Below, in pieces: positions 12,233 to 25,272 of a stretch of 64,000 nucleotides of DNA. The position numbers were made by a program, and so were the translations under genes. Each line of letters opens with the position of its first letter. The stretch's first letter is position 1. The notes beneath the pieces were generated by a model. That model was not told the DNA's origin and did no database searches. It was given only the letters and a program-made list of their open reading frames with translations. The DNA is from Paraphysomonas bandaiensis (Eukaryota; Protista; Chrysophyceae): contig CBFFRP010000322.1 of assembly GCA_965644295.1 (NCBI GenBank), positions 1 to 64,000 of the forward strand. Reading direction: 5' to 3'.

Positions 12233-12557
12233 CTGTTGACGGTTGATGTATACCAGTGTATATCCTGCTGTAGAATACGGTATACGGCAGACTACAAGAC
12301 CACTTCAGTTAAATGAAACGTTGTGCATGTACGTATATATACATACATACGCAGTTCCATATAGAACCCCCTGTGTACTGTGTACTGTGTACAGTATATA
12401 GTGTATAGTGTATAGCTATGCTATGATACGAGCACAGGGGTAACTGTACTGGACATCATTCGTGTTATAGAACATCAGGAAATGAGAGAGGGCTGTGGTG
12501 CCGTTTCCAGTTGAGATTGTGACTTGTTTATTCCTAATATATTGGAAGTGTTTCAGT

Positions 12558-13187
12558 ATGTCTGACGATAGATTGATATATCAGAGTACTGTGTTTCAGC
12601 TTAAGAAATGTGAATATATGGCACACGCATGCATCGTGGCTAGTTATGAGGATGCAAAAGATATGATCGCTAAGATATCTCTGGGATATTACTCTGCACA
12701 CTGTTCTCCATATGCTCTTAGACTTGACAGTGACAATGGAGTGGAGGAATATAATGATGATATGGGAGAATTTTCAGCAGGAAGCACTCTGGCTTCGTGC
12801 TTGCGCAGTTTCGAGAATCTCTATAGTCAAGTGAATGGGGCCAATATATTGCTCGTCTTAACTAGAAAAGTGTCTGGTTGTTTTGTTACTGATATGATAC
12901 AACATCAAAAATACAACGCCATTCGAACTTGTGGGCATAAAGCCCTAAATAAACTCAACAAACACACTGTAATTCCTATTCTCCCACCCAGAAAAGATAC
13001 AGGAAATTCTGCACATAGTACACAGCCAGAGGAACAAGCCCCAGTTACACATATTGATGCAAAATTCAAGAGACCTGTTCTCCCGACACCGGCGATTAGA
13101 TTCGATCCTGACAAATTTGACCTTCCTCCAATACCTAAGTCTGCAGACAAGAGAAAGGGTAGGTCAGGGCACTTTCTTCAGCCGTAA
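12558..13187 (+). CDS. IMPACT/YigZ (UPF0029) domain protein without RWD domain
   Basis: KKCEYMAHA, AHCSPYALRL, NDDMGEFSAGSTL and NILLVLTRKVSG resemble the IMPACT motifs KSxFxAH, AxHxxxAYR, DDDGExxAG and VxRxxGG. Pro-rich tail. Confidence 0.75.
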   Translation: MSDDRLIYQSTVFQLKKCEYMAHACIVASYEDAKDMIAKISLGYYSAHCSPYALRLDSDNGVEEYNDDMGEFSAGSTLASCLRSFENLYSQVNGANILLVLTRKVSGCFVTDMIQHQKYNAIRTCGHKALNKLNKHTVIPILPPRKDTGNSAHSTQPEEQAPVTHIDAKFKRPVLPTPAIRFDPDKFDLPPIPKSADKRKGRSGHFLQP

Positions 13188-13761
13188 GTTATATTTAAAA
13201 AATAATGGTTGATAGTGGATAAATATTTAGCACTGTATAGTCATATTGGTACTTAAATAATATTGTAACATCTTTTTCGTGATATTATATTGAAGCTGCC
13301 ATTGGCTTAACAGAAACCATAATAAACCAGCAAGCATTCATAGATTAGTGTGAATAATGTCACTGAAAGGTCAACCAGCGAAGGTTCCAGTTCAAGGGAG
13401 TCGATACTTTGGAAAATATTATTCAACCTCGTCAAATTGGTGGAATTACCTGTTACCCTAAATTTGATGTAAACACCTTGTCATAACGATATCACATATC
13501 GCTACGTATTGTGTATAGTAATGAGGTCACAGCAGATTAAGTGCAACTAATGCAGATCACATCCGGTCAAAACGAAAAACCAAGCTAGAGTGCAGAAGAA
13601 AAGACGATAGAGTAAAGAGTAATATGTAATAATTGGCAGGACTCCAGCAGTCAAGTAAGTATGTCATTTAATGCAATGATCATTTTGAGTAGGTGTTATG
13701 GTATAGCGTTTCTTTGATTGAGGCATACCATAAGTATCATGACAGCTTACAGCTTGACAGT

Positions 13762-14100
13762 CCTCAACAAAGTCGGACTCGCACCTTTTCGTGGTGTTGT
13801 GGGGGATAAGTACCGGACATGTTTCTCCAAAAAACTATCGTCAGCATATATAGTCAGCAGATAATTTTCTTCCCACTCACAGCCAAATGCTTTTGTCGAC
13901 GTGTTTGGGCCTTGAATAAACAGGCATCTGGTAATGGACCCGTTTTAAAGGCATTTGAGGTATTGGGCTGCCTGCTGAAGTCAAGCATCCGGGCTGTTCA
14001 CATGAAAGACAGAGAGCGAAAGTGGTTGCACATTGGTGCTTGCGGAGACGCACAAGCAGCTTTCGTAGCGTTAAATAGTAGGATATCAGAGTTAATCACT
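13762..14100 (+). repeat. dispersed repeat family, copy 1 (unclassified, possibly SINE or non-LTR remnant)
   Basis: Aligns by eye to 34316-34737 (-) and 54978-55584 (+), e.g. aaagtcggactcgca, gggctgcctgctgaagtc and ctttcgtagcgttaaatagtaggata. Confidence 0.85.
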
Positions 14101-14757
14101 AGATTGTTAAATTATTTTGCTACACTAGTTCTGACTCTTTTATTCATATTGCTAATAGTCTAATAGTCAAACATTCATCACAGCTTGACTCTATTAAACT
14201 CTATTATTTATTAAGGACTAGATTTTTCGTCCAATCGACTAGGCTTTTGCACCTATTTTACTTTCACTACTATGTGTTACCGATTAATTTGTAGCATTAC
14301 CGTACATCGTACACTGTAGGTATGTAGATACCTAAAAACACGCATCTAGTAAAATTCGTTTTCTGTTTTAGTATTTAATGTTTTCTGTATTCTTATTGAT
14401 CCTATTTACCAGGGCAAAGGAGCAATTTACTGCAGTATTATTGTGATAAAAGTTACTGTTGTTCAAAAATATTCTATAGAATATATAATATTCTATAACA
14501 ATGCTGTCCTGGCGTCCTGGCATTGTTCCTTACAACTACCAAACTTACTTTGAAGATATTCTGTTTTAGGTGCCGATTGGCTTTAGAAGTTGTACGGTAT
14601 TCATTAGATATTTACTGTGGTTGTGACAGTAGCAGTAGATATAGACACCAGGGTCCAGGCTCTCATTTCTCTCATGTCAAGTCCGTAAATCAAGTTTATA
14701 AGCTACGAGATAATTTTATATTAACAAGATATGATATATACAGCTAACAGCTAACAG

Positions 14758-15402
14758 CTAACAAGAGTAGCTATCTAGTGAATTTTTCACAAAATACTTA
14801 AACAAAACTACACCACATGCCGCCAAAGCTCCAAAGAATGTATCAGTACCGAATTTCGAAAATGCATTGCTGAGGCCATATGCCGGATTAAGTGCTCTTC
14901 TGATGTAAAAATAACCTACAGGCCATGATATAAAAGCTATTAGAAGTTCCTTGTATAGACTGAGCTGGTCTTTTGATTTCACTCCCAACCACGTGAGTGC
15001 CACAGACACGTTGTCAAAATAAGACATCGGATGAGGCAGATCGCTAGGAGATGAAACAATGAGTCCCAACATATATGCTAACACAAGCACCGGATAGATA
15101 TAAGAGAAATTAAACATACTCGAAGGGTTAAAAACAGTTTCGGAAGGTGTAGTCCCAACCTCCGTTATTGACTCATCTTCTAGCACCTCAACCCACATAT
15201 TTTCTAAAGAATTATCAGTCGGAGCATCAATAAAGCTTGGAATTACTTCATGACCATCCCTGTTTCTAAACATCATACTCTTAGATGACGAAATGCCAAA
15301 TCGACTACGTGCCCATTTCTCAAAATCTGTAAACGATATACGGCTACTCAGAGACAGTGACACTTTGCTGGACTTATACACTACATCTACCACACGACCC
15401 AT
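14758..15402 (-). CDS. small membrane protein with ubiquitin-fold/PB1-like N-terminus and about 3 C-terminal TM helices
   Basis: 214-aa ORF. The N-terminal beta-grasp-like pattern (SFTDFEKWARSRFGI...FRNRDGHEV) is a tentative call. Hydrophobic C-terminal half. Confidence 0.65.
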   Translation of the reverse strand: MGRVVDVVYKSSKVSLSLSSRISFTDFEKWARSRFGISSSKSMMFRNRDGHEVIPSFIDAPTDNSLENMWVEVLEDESITEVGTTPSETVFNPSSMFNFSYIYPVLVLAYMLGLIVSSPSDLPHPMSYFDNVSVALTWLGVKSKDQLSLYKELLIAFISWPVGYFYIRRALNPAYGLSNAFSKFGTDTFFGALAACGVVLFKYFVKNSLDSYSC

Positions 15403-16078
15403 CTGTACTTGTAGATGATATGTGAAGGACTACATACACTATAACGCAAAACTATAAGATTGTAATCATTATTGCATGAAGAGAGGAGATGTGACACGTG
15501 GCACTTATAATACTGCAGCTGCTGGTCGTTAATATGCGCAGTTATAAGGCGAGTATTTCTAGACAACGAACTATTATACCTGATGTATACAGTCCTACAG
15601 TGTATATCAGCATATTTTCCAATATCTAGATACTAGAGTTTTCATGCCATCTATAAATCCAGAGTCAGTAAAGTGGTGGTCAACTCGACTGTATTGTACC
15701 CGTATTCCCCTAGGAATTCCTACGATAGTACTACAGGGAATTGGAATTCCTACGTTGTAGAAGAAGTCGCACACAGCTTTTTTGTTTGAAAATACTGGTT
15801 TTTGAGACATCTAATCCAAATATTTGGAAAATATGATACATCGTATGTGGTCATTCCAGGTGGTGTTTGTTCCCATACTCCCCCAAAGGACATCAACTCA
15901 CTGAATGATTGGTAGAATCGTAGAATACGTGTGGCTCAAATACGCACAACTTGAGGCGATCTTTTCATATATCGTCACAGGAGGTTTGATGAGGTTCTAT
16001 TATCTCTGGTGATTGTATGGCACTCCATTGGTGTTGTTATCGTGTGATGGCCACTCTTTAGTGTCTTCTATAGTGAAG

Positions 16079-17242
16079 ATGACTCCATCTTGTGACGTTA
16101 TCGTCAACTACTTGCCACTGGATGTTAATGATGAGCAATTACATGTATGTGCCTCATCTATCAACTGATTCATCATATATAATGATTTATATTTCAGGAA
16201 ATGTTTAATAGTTATGGAAAAATTGTGAAAGCAAATGTTGCAAAGAGTAAATCATCAGGAGCGAGTTTGTCCTATGGATTTGTTACATTTTCCCAGAAAG
16301 ATGAGGCTGAAGCCGCAATTGCTGCCTTAAATGGTATGAAAATGGGAAGCAAATCAATTAAAGTAAGTTTTGCGAAACCAAAACTTGGAGATATTCAAAA
16401 CAGAAAGCTTTTTGTTCGCTGCTTGCCCTTATCTTATACTGAGGACAAGATCACAGACCTCTTTGCAAAGGTATGTACCATCATCGATATTATTTCACAC
16501 TGACTGTGCCCTTTTAGTTTGGAGAAATTATTGAGTGTCGTGCTCTAATGGAATCGGATAAGGTGACCCCCAGGGGCTCTGCATTCGTCGAATTCAAGAA
16601 TGCCACTGATTGTGAAGCCGGTATATAGACACCACAATATTGAGTATATTTCTTATTGTTTTTTTAGCATTGTCTGCCCTCCACAACAGTGTTCCACCTG
16701 GCGCAATAGGCCATATACAAGTGTGCTACGCTCGCCCTCCTCCTGGAAGCAACCAGGGGAGTGATACAGGTCGCTCATATTCACATCCCACTGATCGATC
16801 GCAATGGAGCCCCCCCTCCACCATGAGCCCTACCTCCCCACGTGGTGGTGTATTAACTTCTGCAAAGGTACCTTATGGCTCCTGTCTGACGCCTTTTCCA
16901 CTGCCAAGTCCTATCGCGCCAAGGTTTTCTTTTCCAGTGTCCCCTGTTTCTAGGGAACAACAATACGCGAACAATATTCAGGAAGTACAAGTTAGGGTCA
17001 ACGGAATTCCGCCGTTTGTTACACTGAAAGATTTTCTTGCATTGTTTGCGCCGTATGGGCATGTTGTATCCGTCGGCCTTGATCATGCTCTCAATCCACC
17101 TGGTATCATGTCATTCGGTAGCGGACATCTTCGTATTGTTATTTCGCCCGAGAAAGTTCAAGAGATGGTGTGCAACATCCATAACTGTGTTGTTTTTGAA
17201 GGTTGTCCGCCGTTGCAGCTCATGATTCTTGCCACGTTTTGA
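16079..17242 (+). CDS. ELAV/Hu/Sex-lethal-like RNA-binding protein with 3 RRMs, 4 exons
   Basis: VIVNYLP, SLSYGFVTF, IKVSFAKP, second RRM KLFVRCLP...RGSAFVEF, a Pro/Ser linker and a degenerate third RRM. Confidence 0.88.
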
Positions 17243-18547
17243 TTTGAGTTAAAACTGCTACACTGCTCCAGTATATAATATAGGTTTTATATTTTTCGGT
17301 TTTGAACTCGTACTACTGGTGACAGTACACACTAAAAGATCTGATTTTTATATGGGTGAATAATATGAGCTAATATTGTCACACAGACTCTGAAATTAAT
17401 GTTACTTATATTGGGTTATTGCGACCTACAGTATCCATTCCTATCTGGCGATAATGCTACGCTTATTTGAGTGGCATATCGCAATTCCTGTTAAATAATA
17501 ACGTCATGTTTTAATATTGATTCCATATCTCATCACTTTTATTATATGCTACCTTGCTTGAATGCACAACAACTTACTGTAATCCATCATTCATTGCAAT
17601 CTTCACTCCATTGCCCTGTAGACAAGATTAGGTGAAATTATATATGCTCAAGATTTGTCGTTAATTTGCAGCAAACGCATGCATGTGTATGTATGTATGT
17701 ATGTATGTATATATGTATGTATGTATGTGATAAGTATGAATAACAATATAAAACATAACTATCTTGCACAACGGAATAGTTAGAAGTGTAACTGATAATG
17801 ACACGATCATGTATCTTCAACAGATACTCTCTCTAATTCAGTTTATGATATATTTCATTGAACATTATAACTCACAGATACTGTCATGTATTAAGCTGAA
17901 TCCTGATACAGAAAAATATTTCAGATTTCTTCAATCTCCTGTGTATATATTTAAAATCATGAGTACTACTATAACAGGTTCACAACAACACTAATATCTT
18001 TCAGGCAGTTTAAGATAATTGAAAAATATCCAGAATTGTAACATATTTTCCACAGGACTCGAAAGGTATTCGTATACGCAACATATGTTGCACTCAATGC
18101 TCTCCGTTTAGTTAATTTAATTAGCTAATCAATTAATTGGCAAGTAAGGGAACACAAATCAGTTGTTACGCGAGCCGCGAGCATATTACAGAGTGCTATA
18201 TCACCCAAATTATTTCTTTAGGGGTAGTAGAGGATCAACAGACTTGCGTGACAATTAAATGGCTGTGAATTGGTGAGAGGTGTGGTTGAATAATATTTCC
18301 CATAATTAAAACTATATCCTAAGCATTGTCGAACCCATGTACTGTCACACAATTTTGGTTATTAATGATATAAGTAGCTGCCCGTATATGCTAATAGATA
18401 ATGGGTTTTTGTTAGCTGTACATCTTATGATACTATATAAATGTCTGTTTATTAGCAATAGGCTTTTGAGATTCAGTACCAGCTTAGCAGCTAAATGAAC
18501 ATACTATAGTCAAAGCTGGATAAGTATCTACTATAAACTAACTGGTA

Positions 18548-18620
18548 TAACTCTAATATTCTACTGTTTAACGCTACGGAGTTGCTTGTGCGCAACCGCA
18601 AGCACCAAGTGTGACCACTT
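18548..18620 (-). repeat. 3' tail of the dispersed repeat family, joined to an unrelated GC-rich body (to about 18830)
   Basis: Reverse complement aagtggtcacacttggtgcttgcggttgcgcacaagcaactccgtagcgttaaacagtagaatattagagtta matches 14020-14095. Confidence 0.75.
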
Positions 18621-20267
18621 GAATATGTATGGAGAATTATCCGAGAGTGTAAGTCCTACGGGGTCGATACTCGTTTAGTCAGGGGGACGCCCTTTGGGGT
18701 AGAGCTCCGCTGGGTTGGGAGGGGGCACAGGATCCTATATTAGGGTGGTGAGCGTCCCAAGCGTGAGAGACCTGGGTGGAGGCGTAGGTCTAGGTTCTGA
18801 GTCATCATGAGGAAATGCAGCACGCAATTTATTGGCAGCAATAATTATCTATATAATTAATTAGCAACATTTACAGTCCAATTAATACTACTATGTACAA
18901 AAACGTTTTATTGGCGTGCAGAGAATCATATATTCTAGTCTCATCATTAGAAATCAGAGTATCGTTTTCGGACCTAGTTAGGGATTGATGTAGTGTCTCT
19001 ATAATACAATATTTAATGATATGATATGAGTAAACAATATTATGGCAATATATTTTCCCGCGCCACACAGTGTGACAGTTTTTGCGTATCGTATTGACTA
19101 ACATTATAACTATGAAAGTTGGATTCGGAATCACTAGTACCACAGACATTTAACTGCTATTTATTAGCACATTTTGAGTTCTGTATCTCTTTTTAAGTAT
19201 TTTCTTGACATGAGAAATATTTCTCGTCATGAGTACGCAATCATTTTAGAGGTAGTTGCGTTCGGTCGACTTGTAACCCTGCTTGAGAGGATGAAGAAAC
19301 ACTTTTTTCGTATTGAGTGTTCCAAAAACGAGTTGACTACCCCTTATAATATAAAAGAAGCTGCTTGTAGCATAGCCATTGTTATGTAAGATAAACCTAT
19401 GGAGTTGCAGGAAGCAGCTAGTACTCTTAATTCGTAGAGAATATTATTGAAGGATACGATCCTATTGAAGACACAGCCCAAGAAGACCAGGTAAAACTTA
19501 TGGGTTAGCTCGATTAGATAGAGCAAGAAAACAATAATCTCGACTCCATCGAGGACCTTGTCCATGTGATGTACCTGCGCGAGTAAGAATAGAACGAAAC
19601 AACTTGAAGCTTAACTGAATGAGTTCCCAAAAAATCATATTCTCTTATATTTGTTAGCTTACAATGAGAGTGATTGGCTCTTCTCGATAATACGCATGTC
19701 TCAAGGGGTGTGTGAGTGTATGTATGTGAGGAGGTGTGTAGCACTATTAACAGAGACCATCACATACATATATGAACACACATCACTTCAGTGAAGGGGA
19801 TGAAGGGGACATGGCGGTTGAGATGAAACTCATCATCTTCGGGTGTAGATATTATACATTCTCATCTCTGTTGATAGTTTACAGCAGCATCAAATGAAGA
19901 TGCACCGTATGTATGATGACCATGTACACAGACAGGTCACTGTGGTGCATGATGGTATGCCATGCATACAGTGGTATGGGTATGTGTTGTGTCATAGGTA
20001 GGTACTGTACTGGTGGGTTTACAGTAGGGTGTAGGTAGGTACTGTATGTATGTACTCTAGGTAGGTACGCAGGTGTGGAAGGTGTTGGGAGTATTATTCC
20101 CTGCTGTACATCTCGACATCATACAGCAGCACCGAGTACAGTACATCACAGGCACCCACCTCCTCATCTAAGATATATACATAGCCATACGGATAGGGCG
20201 GATAGGTGACTGACATACCATACCATCATATCGTATTAACAATTCATTCCAGAGTCATATATATACA

Positions 20268-22393
20268 ATGATAACTTCTCTGATCTCTACTATATTTTTT
20301 ATTGTCTCTGTCACTGCGAGGTTACCCAGTAGCTCTCAGATCGAGAGAGCATTCACTGCTGATGGATGGCATATCACTGATAACATAACAACCACTAGAG
20401 GATACAGAGGGTTTTTTGTTCAATCAAACTATGCGACTACACTTGATAATGGACAACCTAAGAAAGCGTATTATGTGGAAGGGGAAGGGTATGATTTGGG
20501 GTACTTACATGGGGCTCTATCTGCTCGTGTGGGAGATGCTCGCTCCATGTGTGTGACATATGTGCATCATATCATTATTAACTTACTGGATGAGACATGG
20601 GACGAAGAAATGGCAGCCAAGTGTGAAGGTTAGTGGTATAGAATTAACCATATGACACGTGTTTAATATGATGCAATGAACAGGTTGGGTGCCAGGAGTT
20701 CAAGAAAAGAGCAGTGATGGCATGTCATGTGAAGCATACGAAATGCTCTTAACATTTATGGAAAAATGGCTCATTGCTGGATCTGTTCACTCTTTTCACC
20801 ACGAAAAGCAGAAGTTCCCCTCAGAGCTTATTGTTGAAATGGAAGCTTTTGTTGAAGGGGCACTATCGGAGGACGCAGATTGCGGATGTTCTTTCGACAA
20901 GTTGATTTACATCAATTATGGCATTGATTTCGTCATGTCTGCTCTTTATTCCGGAGAACTCCCTCATGTCATTGCAAGAGAGGCGGCGAAAGATCCTCGC
21001 GTCCCTTCCCACTTGGTATCAGAGTTTCAACGTTTGCCGGCGTCTGCATTCCGGGGCCCGTATTTCTGTAATTCTTTCGCAGTTAAGGGTGCCGCTACCG
21101 CATCAGGAGAAGATGTTTTCATGTCGAGGGACTTCCAGATGCCTACAGGTACGAACATAGGTCGGTGTATCTGTAACTAAAGCTGTCAACGCAGGCTTAG
21201 TGTACCAGGACACTGCCGCTGATATTATCTTCTTTCCGACAGACGGACGTCTTCCACATGTCTCGTCAGGGGCTCCAGGTTTCATTGGTCGTGTGACTGT
21301 CATGAACAGTCGAGGCGTAGCCATGGGGGTTGATATGCTACGCGCCGCTCCATGCACTCCTGATTCCCCGGGTATGAATAGCTTGCTTCTTCTAAGGCAT
21401 GTAGCGGACCGCGCATTAAACACACCGGATGCAGTAGAGTTAGTGGGAAGCACTGAGCGGGGCACAACTTGGTTATACCCTATATGCGACATGCAAGGTG
21501 ACTGTGTTACCATTGAGGCAGGGCGCTATACTGCTCCTGGTGAACCTTTCAATCCTCTCCAGTTCGTAAATTCCTCGGAGCTTCGAAATGCCTTGCCCTC
21601 AGAGGAGTTTTATGCCACTCACTCCTCGGACGATATATTCGACCGGTGCGATGCACTAAAATAAGTCTTTTTGTAGTATAACGTTTCTGTATTTCAATAT
21701 TGCAGAGGTATGTATACACGCCCAATTGACTGGCGATTCCCAGAGGAGTACCTTGAGTTCAACAAGGGTTTGTATGATCTAGCTGGTGTACCATTCGATG
21801 ATTCGGATGATGTGTGGGGAAAGACTGGGTATGTGTTTTCCACATTTGACGAGGAAAACGAAATTACTAAGACAGCATTACACAATAACTTTTTCCCTCC
21901 CATGAGAGAGAATCTTCCCGACGTGCAACTTGTTTCTAACAATGCCATCGTGCCGGAATTTCGAACCTCTATGATGTCGTATGCTGGTAACTTCTGGGAG
22001 ATTACTGCCCATGCAGCACAGTGGCGGTGCGGTGTTTGTTGCTGCCGCCTCTTATATTGACTAATGTGATATGATAACAGGTATGATGATATCAATGCTC
22101 GGATTATGGAGTCATATGGTTCCATCGATGCTGCAAAGGCAATGGAAATCGCCTCCTTTCTGAGTCCACGTGTAACTCCGGGGTATTGGACGAACACGAT
22201 TAATGAATCAGGTCAGAAAGGATTTATCATATATGAACTCTCTAAATCCATAACTGCAGATCCTATGTCGGCTATCATTGAAGGAACTATAAATGTGATG
22301 CAATTGTCTAAGACTAAAGGCCTTAAGCTTGCATCCAAGACTGGATATTGGAGCGATGCCTGGACTCACATTACTCTGACGGAGTACTTGTAA
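20268..22393 (+). CDS. secreted or lysosomal Cys-nucleophile Ntn-hydrolase (C45/AAT-like), 6 exons
   Basis: Signal peptide, GEGYDLGYLHG, EMEAFVEG, processing-site motif FCNSFAVKGAATASG...SRDF and GFIGRVTVMNSRGV. GT-AG introns restore the frame. Confidence 0.8.
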
Positions 22394-23943
22394 GCAAGAA
22401 GACAATCAGGCTATTGCCATATTAAAAATGATATCTGTTGGGTGTTTACTCATGATTCAAGATTATACTTGAACTTTAACTTTCGGCATCATACAAAATT
22501 ATGCGAATTGCTACTGGATTATAAAGTTAATAAATTTCACTCTTCAATAACTTGATAGACAAATGGTGTTGCGTGCAGTACAAGCGTACAAGCGTTTGTA
22601 AGCTTTATATATACTGGATTCTGGATTCTTGGTAGCCGTATCTAAATTTGTTCTAATTGTTGGTGCCCTATACTCTATATTAGATAACCAACTAGTAGTA
22701 CAATCTCTTTGGTATGACTTTTTCTTCGAGTTACTACAGACTATCGGTAGGATGATATTCTTGGCTGATTGAAATTGCCAAGTCACGCTAACTTAGATAT
22801 AAACAGAAAATCGAGAAAATAGGAATTTTGAAGACAATAATTGATATCATACTACATAGAAGGGGAAGGTTTCAGATTTTTTATCCATGCTAATGGGATG
22901 AACAATGGGCGTGTATTTTACACTCACACTAGATGTATTTGACACTCCAACTGCTTTTATAAGTGTTTTAGTCTATCGTGATTGGACTGATATACTGATA
23001 TTAATTATGGGTTAAGACAACTCGTTAAGGTCAGGAAAAAGCAGAGAGGGATGAGGTGACCCAAGCCGTCCAAGGAGGTTTCTGCTTAATATAGCTAGAA
23101 TTTATAAATTCAGCTAGACAATTAGATACAATTTGTTTGAAAACATTGAGGTATTAGATGAAGAAACAATAAAACAATACAATAAAGTCGCAAATATACA
23201 AAGATAGAATCTTTATGAGTATTCACATAAAATTCTAGCCACACATAAACAGTAATAGTATAATACTAGTCTTCTGAAATGAATCAAGGTCAAGGCTGCA
23301 ATTCGGCTTTAAACTTCTATTTACTGAAGTAGTATGTAGTGCTATAGCAGAAGTCGGGGACTATATATAAACCAGTTCAGGCCAATGAGCTCTATTTCCT
23401 TGCACTCATCTGGTACAAGCTGGATCAACAGTACGGCTTGACTGCGAGTAACCTCTATATTTCACTATCATCGCCGTATACGTCCCTTGTTTGGAATTCC
23501 TCCTTAAATACGGAGCAGATAATTCGCTGTTCCTAGAAAGAAAAGATTCAATAGCACTTCTAAGCTCATCCGAATCGAAGCTGACATTGTATTGGAAGAA
23601 CATATCCATGCTAGTGCAACAATCATTTCGATCTTCACGCTGTTCCACCGACCAGGTCAGTAACGGTCCAGGATATGAAGCAAAAGTCAGTATTTACTTA
23701 ATTTTCTAAAATATCTGGGGTTTTGACATGTTTTTCTATATTTGCTTGAAATCTACGTATCATGTGGTTGCACTACCCTTCATTGTATTAGACGAAAACT
23801 GAAATGTCGTTTTATGATTCGATTTTATGTGGTGGAGTGAGACTGTGTGTTGTTTTTTAGTTCATATGAGCCTATCATGCAGCCTATGAGTCTAACTAAC
23901 CTTATCAATCATATTGGTATTGTTTCATTGAGAGAGCGCTGCC

Positions 23944-24664
23944 ATGGTTGTTAAGTAAGATATTTTGATAATTGTGTCTTTTAGAGATAATATGAGTTGT
24001 GTTGCAGAACTGATCTTTGCGCATTTAGCGAATTTAGAATATACCCTGGTCATGGAATGAAATTCATTCGCAGGGACGGCCAGGTTAAGCTTATGTCTAC
24101 TGTACACCATACATGTGATCTAATTTCTTTTTTTATTTGTAGCCTATCTTCCTCTCTTCATCCAAATGCAAGCATATGGTGAACCAGAGAAAGAAGCCCG
24201 CCAAGTTGATGTGGACCCAGTCTTGGAGACGCCTCAATAAGAAGGGCAAGGAAGAGGGTGCCACAAAGAAGAGGTAAATTTAGTACTATTTAAATATACA
24301 ATGCTGATATTTTATATTCATAGAACTCGCAAGGTTGTCAAAGCTCAGCGTGCCATCGTTGGTGCATCTCTTGAGGAGGTACGATTCTAGCTCCTGGTGT
24401 GTTCTGTACTCATTTCGATATATAGCTCAAGAAGAAGAGACTCAGTTCCAAGCCTCAGGGTGTTGCCGCTGAGGCTGCATTAAAGTACGTTATGTTTGTA
24501 TTAAATATTCCACATTTTTGAAAACATTACTCTATAGGGAGGTCAAGGGCCGCCAAAAGGCTGCTGGTGGTGCCAAGAACTACGCCACTGGCCCCCGTTC
24601 CAAGGCTAACGTCCCCAAGGTCCAGCGCTCTGCTGCTAACGCCAGAGGTGGAGCTAAGCGTTAA
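23944..24664 (+). CDS. RPL24: 60S ribosomal protein L24 (eL24), 6 exons
   Basis: Spliced MVVKTDLCAFSEFRIYPGHG...SSSKC...KPAKLMWTQSWRRLNKKG...RAIVGASLEE. Confidence 0.97.
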
Positions 24665-25272
24665 AAATCTGTTAACATCTCCATGTAGCTACTTGGGACT
24701 GTGTTGTTTGAGTGTTTCGCAATGGACATAATATGCATGCGTTAATTAAATACACAGTTTACTCTCTCTATATCAGTAAAAGTTTTGTTTAGTACTTTAT
24801 TGAATCCTTAGTTTGAAACAGGATACATATTATGAGATCAAATTCACTTTAATACGTTGGCTGTTGCCGTAGATTAGTTTCGTTAGTTCATTACTTGCGT
24901 TTTTTACAAACGTCTGCCACTTGCTAGCTGAAACGCGTGAGCCTATCTTACGTTAACTATCATCCGAATATTTGCTAAACATTTGCATTGTGAATAGTCG
25001 TAATGTTTTTTCGAGCTATGAATATCACATACCACATACAATGCAACAAAACTCTACCAAAACACATTCTTATTATGATCATTACCTAGCCCAGGGACTT
25101 ACTTAACTAATTCTACTAGCTACACACGACACTCTTATATACGCTATGCTGCAATATACGAAAGGCCAGAGCGAGCCAGTATTACTTCATCTACAACTTC
25201 GAGTTTTGAAAAGGTAGATGAAATTCAAAAGATGCTAGTAAACGCCGCTACAGTAAACACCATTTAGAAGGC

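Noticed and set aside
14005-14080. U6 snRNA-like words (acagaga, gacgcacaa, ttcgtagcgtt) in repeat copy 1
   Set aside because: ACAGAGA is not conserved in the other copies, there is no U6 5' stem or poly-T end, and the spacing does not fit.
13819-14163. 114-aa ORF with similar peptides at 34175-34593
   Set aside because: The similarity comes from the DNA repeat; frames break differently in each copy and no protein motif is recognisable.
23406-23709. Ankyrin-like fragment LEFLLKYGAD
   Set aside because: A single short motif with stops upstream; at most a decayed remnant and too weak to annotate.
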